Shown: positions 10,768 through 21,022, counted from the first letter of the stretch. The stretch: 23,409 bases of DNA from Chiloscyllium plagiosum (GCF_004010195.1 NC_057718.1:36254501-36277909), one strand, 5' to 3'. Made by a program: numbers and translations. Notes: a model not told the origin generated them from the letters alone.

Positions 10768-12308
10768 TTTGATGCTGTAGGCCTCCAAATAGTCAGTGGG
10801 AGATAGAGAAACAAATATGTAAGCAGATCAGGGAAAAATATAACAACAACTATGTTGTTGTTGTTTGTGATTTTAACTTCCCCAATACTTTCCAGGACTC
10901 CCCTAATGCCAGAGGCTTAGATGAGGCAGTATTTGTGAGGTACATCCCGGAGGGTTTTTGGTAATGATATGTAATTGTCCAAACAAAGAATGGGCCGGAT
11001 AAGATCTTGTATTGGAGAATGAGTCTGGCCAGATGATCAAAATTTCAGTGGGGAAGCATCTTTGGAACAGTGATCATAATTCTGTGAGTTTTAAGTTAGT
11101 TGTGGATAATGTTAAGACTGGTCCGTTGGTGAAAATATTTTAAATTAGAGGAAGGCTAATTATAAACATATTAGGCAAGAACTGAAGAAATTAGATTGAG
11201 GGTAGCTGTTTGAGGGTAAATCCATATCTGTCATGTTAGAATCTTTTAAAGGCCAGTATTTAGAGTTCACAGCGTGTTCCTGTAAGGATGAATGATGATG
11301 ATAGCAAGATTCCTGAACCCTGGATGACAAGCGATATTGAAAGTTTCATCAAAAAGGAAAAGGAAGCTTATATAAAATTTATGAAAACTGAAATCAGAAA
11401 AAGTCCTAAAGGAATATAAAGAAAGCATAAAAAACCTTAAACAAGGAATTAGGAGAGCTAAAAGGGGACATGACATGAAAATTCCAAGGCGACTTACACA
11501 TACATATATTCAGAACAAGAAGGTTGCTAGGGAAAGGATAAGGCCACTCAAGAGTAAAGGATGGAATTTATTCTGGACACAGAGGAAGTGGGTGAGGTCC
11601 TTAATGAGCACTTCGCATCAGTATTCACCAAGGAGAAGGACATGGATGATGGTAAGATTAGGGGAGGGGAGAACTAATATTCTAGGGCATGTCAATATTA
11701 AGAAGGAAGAGGTGTTGATTGTCTTGAAAACAATTAAAGTAGTTAAGTCCACAGGGCCTGATGGCATCTTCTCCAGGAATCTGAGGGAGGCAAGGGAGGA
11801 GATTGCTGGTGCCTTGACAGAGATTGTTGTATCCTCTTTAGCCACAAGTGAGGTCTCAGAAGACTGAAGAATAGCCAATGGTGTTCCATTATTTAAGAAG
11901 GGCAACAGGAATAAATAATAGACCGGTGAGTTTTACATTAGTAGTAGTGGAATAATTGGAAGAGATTTTTAGAGACAGGATTTACTTGCATTTGGAAGAG
12001 AATGGACTTTTTTGGGATAGTCAGATTGGCTTTGTGGGGGAAGATCTTGTCTCACAAAATTGATTGAATGTTTTTGAGAAAGTGATGAAGATGATTGATG
12101 TGAATAGGGCAGTGGATGTTATCCACATGGACTTTACTAAAGGATTTGACAAGGCCACTCATTGTAGGCTTGTTCAGAAGGTTTAAGTCACATGGAATCC
12201 ACATGGGTAAATTGGTAAGGTGGATTCAAAGTTGGCTTGGTCACAGGAGACAGAGGGTCGTTTTGGGGGGTACTTTGCTGACTTGAGCTCTGTGACCTGT
12301 GGTGTTCA

Positions 12309-12513
12309 AGGAGAAAGTGAGGACTGCAGATGCTGGAGATCAGAGCTGAAAATGTGTTGCTGGAAAAGCACAGCAGGTCAGGCAGCATCCAAGGGGCAGG
12401 AGAATCGACGTTTTGGGCATGAGCCCTTCTTCAGGACTCATGCCCGAAACGTCGATTCTCCTGCTCCTTGGATGCTGCCTGACCTGCTGCACTTTTCCAG
12501 CAACACATTTTCA
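12309..12513. mobile_element. Fold-back Penelope-like element end with hammerhead core and 15-bp TSD
   Basis: Near-perfect inverted arms meet near 12436. Minus strand 12406-12436 reads TCCTGAAGAAGGGCTCATGCCCAAAACGTCG. Flanked by direct repeat GACCTGTGGTGTTCA at 12294-12308 and 12514-12528, splitting the CR1 RT 'GVPQGS' motif. Confidence 0.8.
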
Positions 12514-12740
12514 GACCTGTGGTGTTCAGCAAAGTTCAGTGCTGGGACCCTTATTGTTTACAATATATATCAATAATGGGATGAAAATATAGGTGGTCTG
12601 ATTAGTAAGTCTGCAAATGATACAAAAATTAGTGGAGTTGTATATAGTGAGGAAGGTTGTCAAAAGATACAGCAAGATATGGATCAGTTGGAAAGTTGGG
12701 CAGAGAAAAGGCAAAGTGCATTTAATCTAGATGAGTATTT

Positions 12741-13078
12741 GGCAGCATGGTGGCTCAGTGGTTAGCACTGCTCCTCACAGCTCCAGGGACTGGGTTTGAT
12801 TCCAGGCTTTGGTGACCACCTGTGTGAAATTTGCACATTCTCACCATGTCTGCATGGGTTTCTGCTGGGTGCTTTGGTTTCCTCCCACAGTCCAAAGATG
12901 GGCAGATTCGGCGAATTGGCCTGCTGAATTGTCTGCAGAGTGCAGGGATATGCAGGTTAGGTGGGTTAGCCATGGCAAAGTAGGGGTAGGGGTCTGGCTC
13001 TAGTGGGATGCTGTTCTGCAGATCGGTGCAGACTCGATGTGCCAAATGGTCTCTTTCCACACTGTTGGGATTCCATGA
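12741..13078 (+). mobile_element. HE1/V-SINE-like SINE, full length, nested in CR1
   Basis: A-box-like tggctcagtggttagcact head, decayed B-box (gggtttgattcc), V-domain and LINE-derived tail. Confidence 0.88.
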
Positions 13079-13524
13079 AGTGAGTGGTCAAATGCAAAAT
13101 GAAAATACACAGTAAATGTCAGGATCATTTGGAGCATTGATAGACAGAAGGATCTCGGGGTCCAAGTCCATAGTTCTATGAAAGTGGTCATACAAAGTCG
13201 ATAAGATGGTAAAAAAAGGCATACAGCATGTTTGTCTTCATTGGTTGTGGTACTGAGTATAAAAGTTGCCAAGTTTGCAACTGTATAAGACGATAGTTAG
13301 GCCACATTTGGAGTATTATGTGCAGTGCTGGTCACCGCATTATAGGAAAGAGGTGGAAACTTTGGAGAGGGTGAAAAGAGGTTTGCCAGGATGTTGCCTG
13401 GATTGGAGTGTATTAGCTATAAGGAGTAGTTGGACAAATTTGGATTATTTTTGCTCTTGTGTCGTAGGCTGAGGTGTGGCCTCATAAAAGTAAATAAATT
13501 TGAGAATAGTAGATTGGGTGGACG

Positions 13525-13817
13525 TAAGATTGGGTGAAGCAGGAGTTGCTGCTCCACCATGCAATAAGATCATGGCTGATCTTTTCGTGGTCTCAGCTCC
13601 ACTTAGCGGTGCTCTCATCATATCCCTTAATTCCTTTATTTTTCAAAAAAGAAACTACCTTAGCTTTGAAAGTGTTTACTGAAGTAGTGTCAATTACTTC
13701 CCTGGGCAAGGAATTCCATAGATTAACAACCCTCTGGGTGAAGAAGTTCCTTCTCAATTCAGTCCTAGGTCTGGTCCTTCTAATCTTGAGGCTATGCCCT
13801 CTTGTCCTAGCTGTCAA
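13525..13817 (-). mobile_element. CR1 3' fragment nested antisense in CR1
   Basis: ORF 13593-13817: RTRGHSLKI...RRNFFTQRVVNLWNSLP. Confidence 0.88.
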
Positions 13818-14104
13818 ATACTATGTGGCATAGATTTAAGGTGAGAGGGGAAAGTTTAAAGGTGATGTGCTAGGCAAGTCTTTTACACATAGGTCCCTGG
13901 TATGTGTTTGCAGGGGAGGTGGTAAAAGCAGATATAATAGCAACATTTAAGAGGCATTTATACAGACACATGAATAGGCAGGGAATAAGGGAATAGGAGT
14001 CATGTGAAAGCAATTGGGATTAGTTTAGAATAGCATCATTATTGGCACAGACATGGTGCGTCGAAAGGCTTGTACCTGTGCTGTACTGTTCTGTGTTCTA
14101 TGCT

Positions 14105-14428
14105 GGAAGGATATTTCTGATGCTGAAGGAATCTAGGACCAGGGGTCACAGTCTAATTATAAAGGGTAAACAATTTAAGACTGAGATGAGGAGAAATTTC
14201 TTCACCCAGAGAATGGTGAGTCTGTGGAATTGGAAACAGTTGAGACCAAGGCTGTGTATGAATTCAAGAAGGTGTTGGTTCTCACACTTGGGGCTAAAGT
14301 GATCAAAGGATGCGGAGGAAAAGCAGGAACAGACTTTTGAGTCGGATAATCACGTGATCATAATGAATAGCCGAGCAGGCTGAAATGCCGAATGGCCCAC
14401 TCGTGCTCGTATTTTCTATGTTTCTATA
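14105..14428 (+). mobile_element. CR1 3' fragment with 3'UTR
   Basis: ESRTRGHSLIIKGKQFKTEMRRNFFTQRMVSLWN; tail gaatggcccactcgtgctcgtattttctatgtttctat. Confidence 0.85.
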
Positions 14429-14429
14429 G

Positions 14430-16560
14430 CTAATAGCGAAGTCAAACGACCTGAGTGTTCCAATGGAAAATGTTCAAACTAAATTTCTTATGCAAGTTAC
14501 CTTCGTCCCATCCTAACTGATGAATAGCTCTGTCTGCATTCATGGGACTCTATATTTCAACCATGATAGTGTGGACATTTGGTCTGTTGATGATGTGGGG
14601 ATGAAGGACTGGTCTTGATCTTATTATGTAACGTTTATCATGGAGCATGCTGACAAAGTAGCACCCGTCAATAACTTGGAGGTCTTAGTGCAGGTATTTA
14701 AGATAGTGAAGAAGGCATTTGGTATGCTTTCTTTTATTGGTCAGAGTATTGAGTACAGGAGTTGGGAGGTCATGTTGCAGCTGTACAGGACATTGGTTAG
14801 GCCGCTTTTGGAATATTACATGCAATTCTCGTCTTCTTCCTATCAAACAAATGACTGCTTTTAAACCTGCTCCATGTGACTTCAGTTTCCTTCTCTGAAT
14901 GGACAGTAAATGCAACTTTGTCAATGTTGCACGCATCTCAGCAGTAAATAAAAGTACAATTTTGCTTGAATTGCTAATTATAACAGGAGGAGTTTTCTTT
15001 GATCGCAAAGTGCCCTGGTAACATTGTAAATATAGGAAAGGAGACAATATCAAGCAAAATTGAAAAGTTATTATTTTGCCAGAAAACACCTGCTGACTGA
15101 AGTGGATGGACGTTTGAGAGAAATAAGCTTACAGGGCCAAGAGGAATGTCATTGCAGCACCATGTTACGGAGTCTACAGGAAATCACCTCTACGACGGGG
15201 GCCCATGCTGGACATTTGCCTCAGATTTGTTGGATCGATCATATCTGTCATTACGCCATCTGATGGGAAATCCACTGGATCACTTGAAATATACCTTTGC
15301 TAACAGATAGGAAGTCATCCAGGATCAATGTGAGATTCCTCTTCACAGTAGACAGAATCTCTATACATCACTGTCAAGGGAGCCCTACTAATTTTAAATT
15401 ATATATTCAGCAAATTGTACTGGGCATATGATATCTAGTTTCTCTAGATATTTCCATTCAGACTCTACTCTGGCACATAGGCACTGGGACTGATCGCACC
15501 TTGAAGTATTTAGATCAGGCCTCTTGGTCTACAAAAATGTTTACTCTGGTGCCTTTTATCTTTCCATGGTCCTCTTGAAATATTTAAGGGCACTTCCCAT
15601 GATTTCATATGGACCTTTGGTATCCATTTTAAAAATCTGTTGGCATTTCAGGCCAATTTTCTGCAGCCAGTCTCTTTCTAAAAGTTTGAGACTAGGCCTT
15701 TAAGGGGAGTCAGACTGCCAGTTTCCCCTGTGTAATTGAGGTTACAGTGATCCCAATGTTAGGTAAGGGCTCCCCTGTGTGTGTGATCAATCTAGCTTTG
15801 GTGTCTCACAGGCTTAAAGACGAGGTGCTCCATTCGATTTTCTTAAGGGTTTGTTTCGCAACAATGGATACAATGGTACCTGTGCCTACTGCCATGTCTA
15901 AGGGGTGGTCATTTACCCAGAATTTTGTTTTAATTGGGGTCACTTTGGGAGCAGTGATGTATTTTAGCAGTATCACTTCCTCATCCTTGGATTGTTTAAT
16001 TTGCAAAGCCCTGTCTTGAGGTGACCACACTTCAGACTGCATTTTGCCTCTTTTGGTAACCTTTGTCTAGGGTGGACCCTGTGACTACAAGTGCAGCATG
16101 GATGTGCTTGCTCCTCACTTTATTGTGGAGAAACATCCTGTCCAGTTCTGGGATCTTGTGGTCTCTGACTCCTGTTGCCGTTCCTTGGCAACAAACAGGA
16201 ACAACGTGTATTATTTGTTGGGGACTTGGCTTCCCTCAGGCTGAGGACAGTTCTGTCTATGGACCCCTGAAGCTGCTGAGCCCCTTTTCCATGTTTTTTG
16301 AGGGAAAGGGCCAGGTCTATGGCTTTCTTGAGGTCCAGATCTGTCAGACAGTGGTTTCCTATGGGTGGCAATATTATTATATGGTCACGTGCTGGCTTGC
16401 ATTCACAGTGTCCTGCCAATTTCCACAGTCTCATCAAGAATTCAATACCTTATTCCCCAGGAAGTTTATTTGCCATGTTAAATCGGTAATATAATGGTAG
16501 GTTTAGGATCATAGTGATCCATTACCACATCTATCAGAAGCTAATTAAATAAAGAAAAGA
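14430..16560 (-). mobile_element. Decayed Ty3/Gypsy (Mag-like) LTR-retrotransposon internal region
   Basis: Minus-strand order gag (LWKLAGHCEC...DLDLKKAIDLALSL), protease (PIKTKFWVNDHPLDMAVGTGTIVSIV, DTG degenerated), RT remnant (ILDDFL near 15310-15330) and an integrase-like remnant at about 14480-14680. Large internal deletions; no LTRs identified. Confidence 0.65.
14690..14845 (+). mobile_element. CR1 ORF2 fragment within the Gypsy remnant
   Basis: VKKAFGMLSFIGQSIEYRSWEVMLQLYRTLVRPLLEYYMQF. Confidence 0.88.
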
Positions 16561-16589
16561 CTACAATTACATTGTTAGGTGTAGTCTAT

Positions 16590-17430
16590 AGACAATCAAT
16601 TAGAGGAAAGGATGGACATGTTTGCAGTGAAATTATAGACAACTGTTAACATTATAGAATACTTAAAATGAGAGACTTCAATCCCCTGGAAATAGGCTGG
16701 CATAGCTGCAGGGAGCAGAATAGCAGGGGCAGTAAGTATTCCTGGATTGTATGCAGGAGAGCTTCCTACAGCAGCATGTTTCCACTCCAACAAGAAAGGA
16801 TGTATTATTGAACCTGGTTCTCGGAAATGAGGTGGGGCCAACTGAATTGGGTGTTGGTTGGGAGACATTTGGAAGCTAGTGACCATTCTATTTAAACGTT
16901 TAGGATGGTAGTGGAGAATGACATGCAACAATCCAGAGCGAGAAAAAAAAATTAATTCATGGAGAACAGGCTCCAGTGGGGCAAACCAAAGAACTGGGCA
17001 AGATTGACTGGGAAAAGAGGTTGGCATGAAACAAACAGTAACTGGGCAAAGAGCAGATGGTTTGGGTGCAGTCACGGTATATTTCCCCAAATGGAAAAGC
17101 TAGAGCTGCCTGGATGACATAGGAGATGGAAATTAAGAGTTTTTTAAAATGTGCTGAGGACAAGTGTGATGTAGAAAATAAATTTGACAACCAGAGGAAA
17201 ATCAAAGGTGAAAAAGGGAATTGGAAAAACAAAGACGAATTATGAGAAAAGACTCGCAGTCAACATAAAGAGGTGTCTGAAAGTCTTCCAAGACCAAATA
17301 AACAGTAATAGGGTGATAAAAGGAGGAGTAGGGCTGAGTAATGATCAACACGCAGACTTACACTAGGACACAGGGGCATGGCTGGGTGTTAAGTGAATAC
17401 ATTGCAACTGTCTTCACCAAAGAGAGCTGC
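16590..17430 (+). mobile_element. Decayed CR1 ORF2 endonuclease/linker fragment
   Basis: DFN, FLQQHVSTPTR, LNLVLGNE, SDH, NYEKRLAVNIK and LSEYIATVFTKE remnants, collinear with 10770-11640. Confidence 0.75.
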
Positions 17431-17484
17431 TAGCCAAGCCAAGTTGACATATGAGGGAGCTCAACTACAGTTATGATAAGAACA

Positions 17485-17775
17485 GTAGAGAGTTGTTCCC
17501 TGGTATCCTGCTCAATATTGAATTCTCCACCAACACTGGCATAGCAGAATAATTTATCCATCAACACTAAAGGAACAGCAAACTATTTCCAAGTCAGGAT
17601 GGGACAGCAGATTAATGGACCAGGTAACCGACTTCCTGATTGTGGGAACATCCTGTACAGAAATTGGCTGCTATTGTTGCTTACATGACAATTCTGTCTG
17701 CCCCTCAAAAAAATGGGAAGAACTTTGTGCATTTGAAGGGATGACAGATGCTTTATAAAGCCAAGTTCTTCTACT
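17485..17775 (+). mobile_element. Deu-domain SINE (SacSINE1-like) 3' part, decayed
   Basis: gagttgttccctggtatcctgctcaatatt...tgtgggaacatcctgtacagaaattggctgct...tacatgacaa...gctttataaagccaagttcttc resembles my recollection of the Deu-SINE core and tail. Confidence 0.5.
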
Positions 17776-17927
17776 TTTCTCCTCTTTATTCTACCTGGAT
17801 CTTATGTAATAATCTATATTTGAAAGTTCAGTTTTAAAAACACCTCAAAATTAACTTTAATTGCATACATGTGATGACGTATAAATCTGTTACTTGTTTG
17901 CAGATGAAAGCATTTTGTAATTTTTTA

Positions 17928-18165
17928 AAATTCATTTGTGGGATGTAGGCTGGGGTAGTATTTGTTGTCCATCCCTAGTTGCCCTTGAGAAGGTAGTGTG
18001 AGCTACCTTCTTGAACCGCTGCAGTCCATTTGGTAAAAATATGCCCACAATGCTGTTAGAGAGGAGGTTCCACAATTTTGATTCAGCGATACTGAAAGAA
18101 CTGCAAAATATTTCCAAGTCAGGATGGTGACTGGCTTGAAAAGGGCATTTGCAGGCGGCATTTAC
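17928..18165 (-). mobile_element. L2/CR1-group LINE 3' terminus (same family as 6200-7132)
   Basis: ORF 17932-18174 contains SKLWNLLSNSIVG...GLQRFKKVAH; the tail is shared with the SINEs at 1402 and 5975. Confidence 0.75.
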
Positions 18166-19670
18166 ATTTGACATTGAAAATTAAAATATATTCAAATAAA
18201 AGCTTTGTCAGCCATGGGTATTGTTATTCTCCTTCTACCATGGCAACCAAAATAATTGTAAATTGACAAATCAAAAAGAAATTCAATTTGTAGGGCAAAG
18301 TTCTTCAGATACACTTCAAAAGTGTTAAGTTGTGTTTCCATAGACATATGTGCTGGGATGCCTTTCCATGGACAATTGAAGTCTTTGAAAAGTGAACAGC
18401 TTGTGGAGGAAGGTGTCGCCTCGTGATAGAAATGAATTGTGATGCTTTGTAGATTCAAGGTCATGTCAGCAACAGTGGAAATTTTCCCTCTGACTTGTAA
18501 AGCTTCTTATCATTTGAATATCCATTATCAGTTTTATCATTACTTCACAAAGGAATAATTTATGGTCTGTGCTTATAATTAGTATTTTACAAGGATAATG
18601 TAAACTCAAGCTTGAAAGGAATTTGAAAACGCATTCAGAAACTAATTTTAGCTTGACATGCTAATATGCATCTTGCAAGACAAGGTTGATGGGAGCAGTG
18701 AGAGATGGATTTCAAGTTTAGTGCTGTCTGAAAATGTACATTCATCAACTAGCAACAGTAAAACCAACCAAACATAAGAAAGAAAACAGGTTTAATTTGT
18801 TAATTATTTGTGACAAGAATTAACGGAGGATTCATCAACTATGAAGGCACATCAAAAGAGCTGTTTGACTCCAGTTGGAACCTAGGATTGGTGAGGATAA
18901 TAAAAATGATTATGAAGAGAGTAGCGACTGTCAGCTACAGTTGTTATTAGGACAATGGCAAGATCTTGACTGGAATGTTGGCTGTGAGCGGTGATATGAG
19001 AAGGATGGAAAGCTGCCACAGGCAAACATAAAACTTACCTTATCATATTTGTTTTGTCAGGGTTAGGGGAATTGGCAGATCGGCCCACTGCTGGAGGCCC
19101 AGTTGAGCCATCTAAGTAGCCAATTAAGAGCCATTTCTTCACTACAACCATTTTCTGCCTAGTCAAACTTGGTTGTCTTTCAATGAATTCTAGGAAGGCT
19201 AGGGCTATTGTGTTACATCTCACAGCTATGATTCAATATTCTTTTAAGAGACCTGCTCATGAAATGATCATTGTGCCATAGCATGTGACCTGATAGTTTA
19301 AAGGTCTCAGTCTCCATCTTGTTGATTCCTCATACAGAATGACATGCTGGAAGCATACTAGAGATTCTATTCCATTGGCTTAGGTTAAGTCCAGGTATGA
19401 AAGTTTCCCATAGATAACAGGAGCTGTAATAAAATTTTATTGAATCCTTCTGTATTACATTACCCAGGTCTAGTTCATATACTAGAGGAGATAACACATA
19501 TACACAGTCATTCACGATGAAAACAGCCAAAAGACAAATGGTTCATCAGATTTATTTTAGCTGAAAAATATTGTAAATATATTGCTTACTTGAAAAAACA
19601 GAAGGCTGGCTGTGACTGTGGATGTATTCAGCATTCAGAAGCCTGTGGTGACGTTGTGTAACCCACGCAG

Positions 19671-19794
19671 GGGGCGGTCACGTGACGTCCAGTTTTGCGC
19701 CCCGGAAGAATGCGGGCGTTCACGTGACGTCCCGTTTCGCGCCCCGGAAGAGTGCGGGGCGGTCACGTGACGTCCCGTTTCGCGCCTAGGAAGC
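19671..19794 (+). promoter_or_regulatory. U3 enhancer: three 42-43 bp tandem units
   Basis: Units start at 19671, 19714 and 19756. Consensus GGGGCGG-TCACGTGACGTC-CCG-TTTCGCGC-CCCGGAAG-ARTGC. Confidence 0.85.
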
Positions 19795-19936
19795 GGGCCG
19801 AGGAGGTCCTTTCGCGGGCAAAAGAAGGTCACGTGGGGTCGGACATCCGGGAATGCGAGGAGGCGGGGAATGCAGTCAGATCAATACCTAATCAGAAGAT
19901 AATTCTACCTCAGTGTTTATATGACGTTTTTTATTG

Positions 19937-19944
19937 TATAAAAG
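19937..19944 (+). promoter_or_regulatory. LTR TATA box
   Basis: TATAAAAG downstream of the enhancer repeats and about 230 nt upstream of the LTR end. Confidence 0.7.
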
Positions 19945-20180
19945 ACTGGGGCAGGGACAGAACAAGGTCTTACTTTTTGAACTGGCACACTTTGTAGTTT
20001 GTCAGGGACAAAAAGGTTTAGACCCAGAGCTCTGAATGCTTTGTCCACTTACTGTTTAAAATAAGTTAAGAGTGTGAGACCGAATATCTTCTCCTATTGC
20101 TTCATTTAAAAGAACACGCAGGACTTGGCTCACACATAGAAGAAAGTAAGTTGGTAGATTGAGCCAAAGTCTAACAAAAT

Positions 20181-20198
20181 TGGTGACCCCGACGTGAT
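20181..20198 (+). promoter_or_regulatory. Primer-binding site for tRNA-Trp
   Basis: TGGTGACCCCGACGTGAT is the 18-nt complement of the vertebrate tRNA-Trp 3' end, the same PBS as avian sarcoma/leukosis viruses. Confidence 0.95.
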
Positions 20199-20284
20199 GA
20201 AGACGGAGAAGTGACAGAAAGAGAGAAAAATAGAAACAACGGACAACTGACGTTTGTTGGCAACAACAAGCGGCGCCGCATAAA

Positions 20285-20293
20285 AAGGTGAGC
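20285..20293 (+). promoter_or_regulatory. Candidate major splice donor
   Basis: AAG|GTGAGC about 90 nt downstream of the PBS. Confidence 0.45.
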
Positions 20294-20397
20294 AGATGCC
20301 TGTTTATATCGAAGCTCTGCAATTGGAGATACTAAACTGATTGTTGTCATTATACTGCAAGTGTCCTAGTAATAGTAAGTGGATAAAGTATTGATAA

Positions 20398-20718
20398 GGT
20401 ACGGACGGGTTTAAAGTCCCATGGGGTTAGAGTCCCCATAAAAGCAACAAAGTTTGGTACGTACGGGTTNNNNGCAACAAGGTACGTACGGGTTTAAAGT
20501 CCCATGGGGTTAGAGTCCCCATAAAAGCAACAAAGTTTGGTACATACGGGTTTAAAGTCCCGTGGGGTTAAAGTCCCCATAAAAGCAACAAAGTTTGAGA
20601 CGTACAGTTTTAAAGTCCCGTGGGGTTAGAGTCCCCATAAAAGCAACAAGGTACGCATGTGTGAGGAGGTTTAAAATCCATTGAGCAGGATCTCATAAAA
20701 GCAACGCTCACAAATTTT
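20398..20718 (+). repeat. 58-bp tandem array in the retroviral leader
   Basis: Units start at 20398, 20456 (gapped), 20481, 20539, 20597 (53 bp) and 20650 (diverged). Consensus GGTACGTACGGGTTTAAAGTCCCRTGGGGTTAGAGTCCCCATAAAAGCAACAA(AGTTT). Confidence 0.95.
20470..20473. other. Assembly gap (NNNN) within the leader array
   Basis: Four N bases; true repeat copy number is unknown. Confidence 0.98.
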
Positions 20719-21022
20719 GGTATGATTGATGTGTTGTAAGTTTTAAGAATTATACTGGGGAATGTACGGAGGGTGGTAGAAAAGCCAGTAGTGTTTTGAA
20801 GACAGAGACAGTGGTGTATCAGTGAGAGAGAGTCGGTAGTGGAAACCTAACGGTGACAACGAAACTGCTGGTAAATCTCGCTGAAAGGGTCAGTTGTTCG
20901 GGTGTACTCCATCCAAACTGACCAGCCACCGGCTTTGTCTTTGATTGGGTTGGTTGCTTGGGTATATTTATATCCAAACCAACTGACTACTGGACGGGAG
21001 GATTAAAACAAAAATACATAAA

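Larger units (their letters stand above)
10770..14102 (+). mobile_element. Near full-length decayed CR1 ORF2 (endonuclease + RT) with 3'UTR and nested insertions
   Basis: Motifs in order: RPPNS, DFNFPN, SDHNS, KSTGPDGI, RPVSFT, VDVIHMDFTKGFDK, GVQQSSVLGPLLF, SANDTK (FADDTK remnant), LYKTIVRPHLEYYVQCWSPHYRKEVETLERV; tail gtgctgtactgttctgtgttctatg. Many stops. Confidence 0.92.
19644..20176 (+). repeat. 5' LTR (start uncertain: TG at 19644, 19655 or 19657)
   Basis: Abrupt switch to CpG-rich sequence, tandem enhancer repeats, TATA box, and terminal ...CTAACA (20171-20176) four bases before the PBS. The partner LTR is outside the window. Confidence 0.8.

Noticed and set aside
12741..12815. tRNA gene
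   Set aside because: A/B-box-like head runs directly into the V-SINE body; no complete cloverleaf. The same applies to about 666-725.
16063..16494. 143-aa plus-strand ORF as a gene
   Set aside because: Antisense to the Gypsy gag remnant.
16596..17090. 164-aa minus-strand ORF as a gene
   Set aside because: Antisense to a decayed CR1 endonuclease region; no recognisable domain.
18192..19560. Short ORFs and splice-like sites upstream of the LTR
   Set aside because: Candidate exons tested hit stops or gave unrecognisable peptides; no consistent gene model.
19990..20176. LTR polyadenylation signal
   Set aside because: No canonical AATAAA or ATTAAA found, only AAATAAG near 20059-20065, so R/U5 boundaries are not called.
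19752..20322. ORFs within the LTR/leader as accessory genes
   Set aside because: They arise from GC-rich enhancer repeats or lie antisense across the PBS; no protein features support them.
20398..20718. CRISPR-like array
   Set aside because: Units are contiguous near-identical repeats with no unique spacers, there are no cas genes, and the context is a vertebrate retroviral leader.
20398..20718. Hammerhead ribozyme array in the ERV leader
   Set aside because: No CUGANGA plus GAAA core on either strand of the repeat unit.
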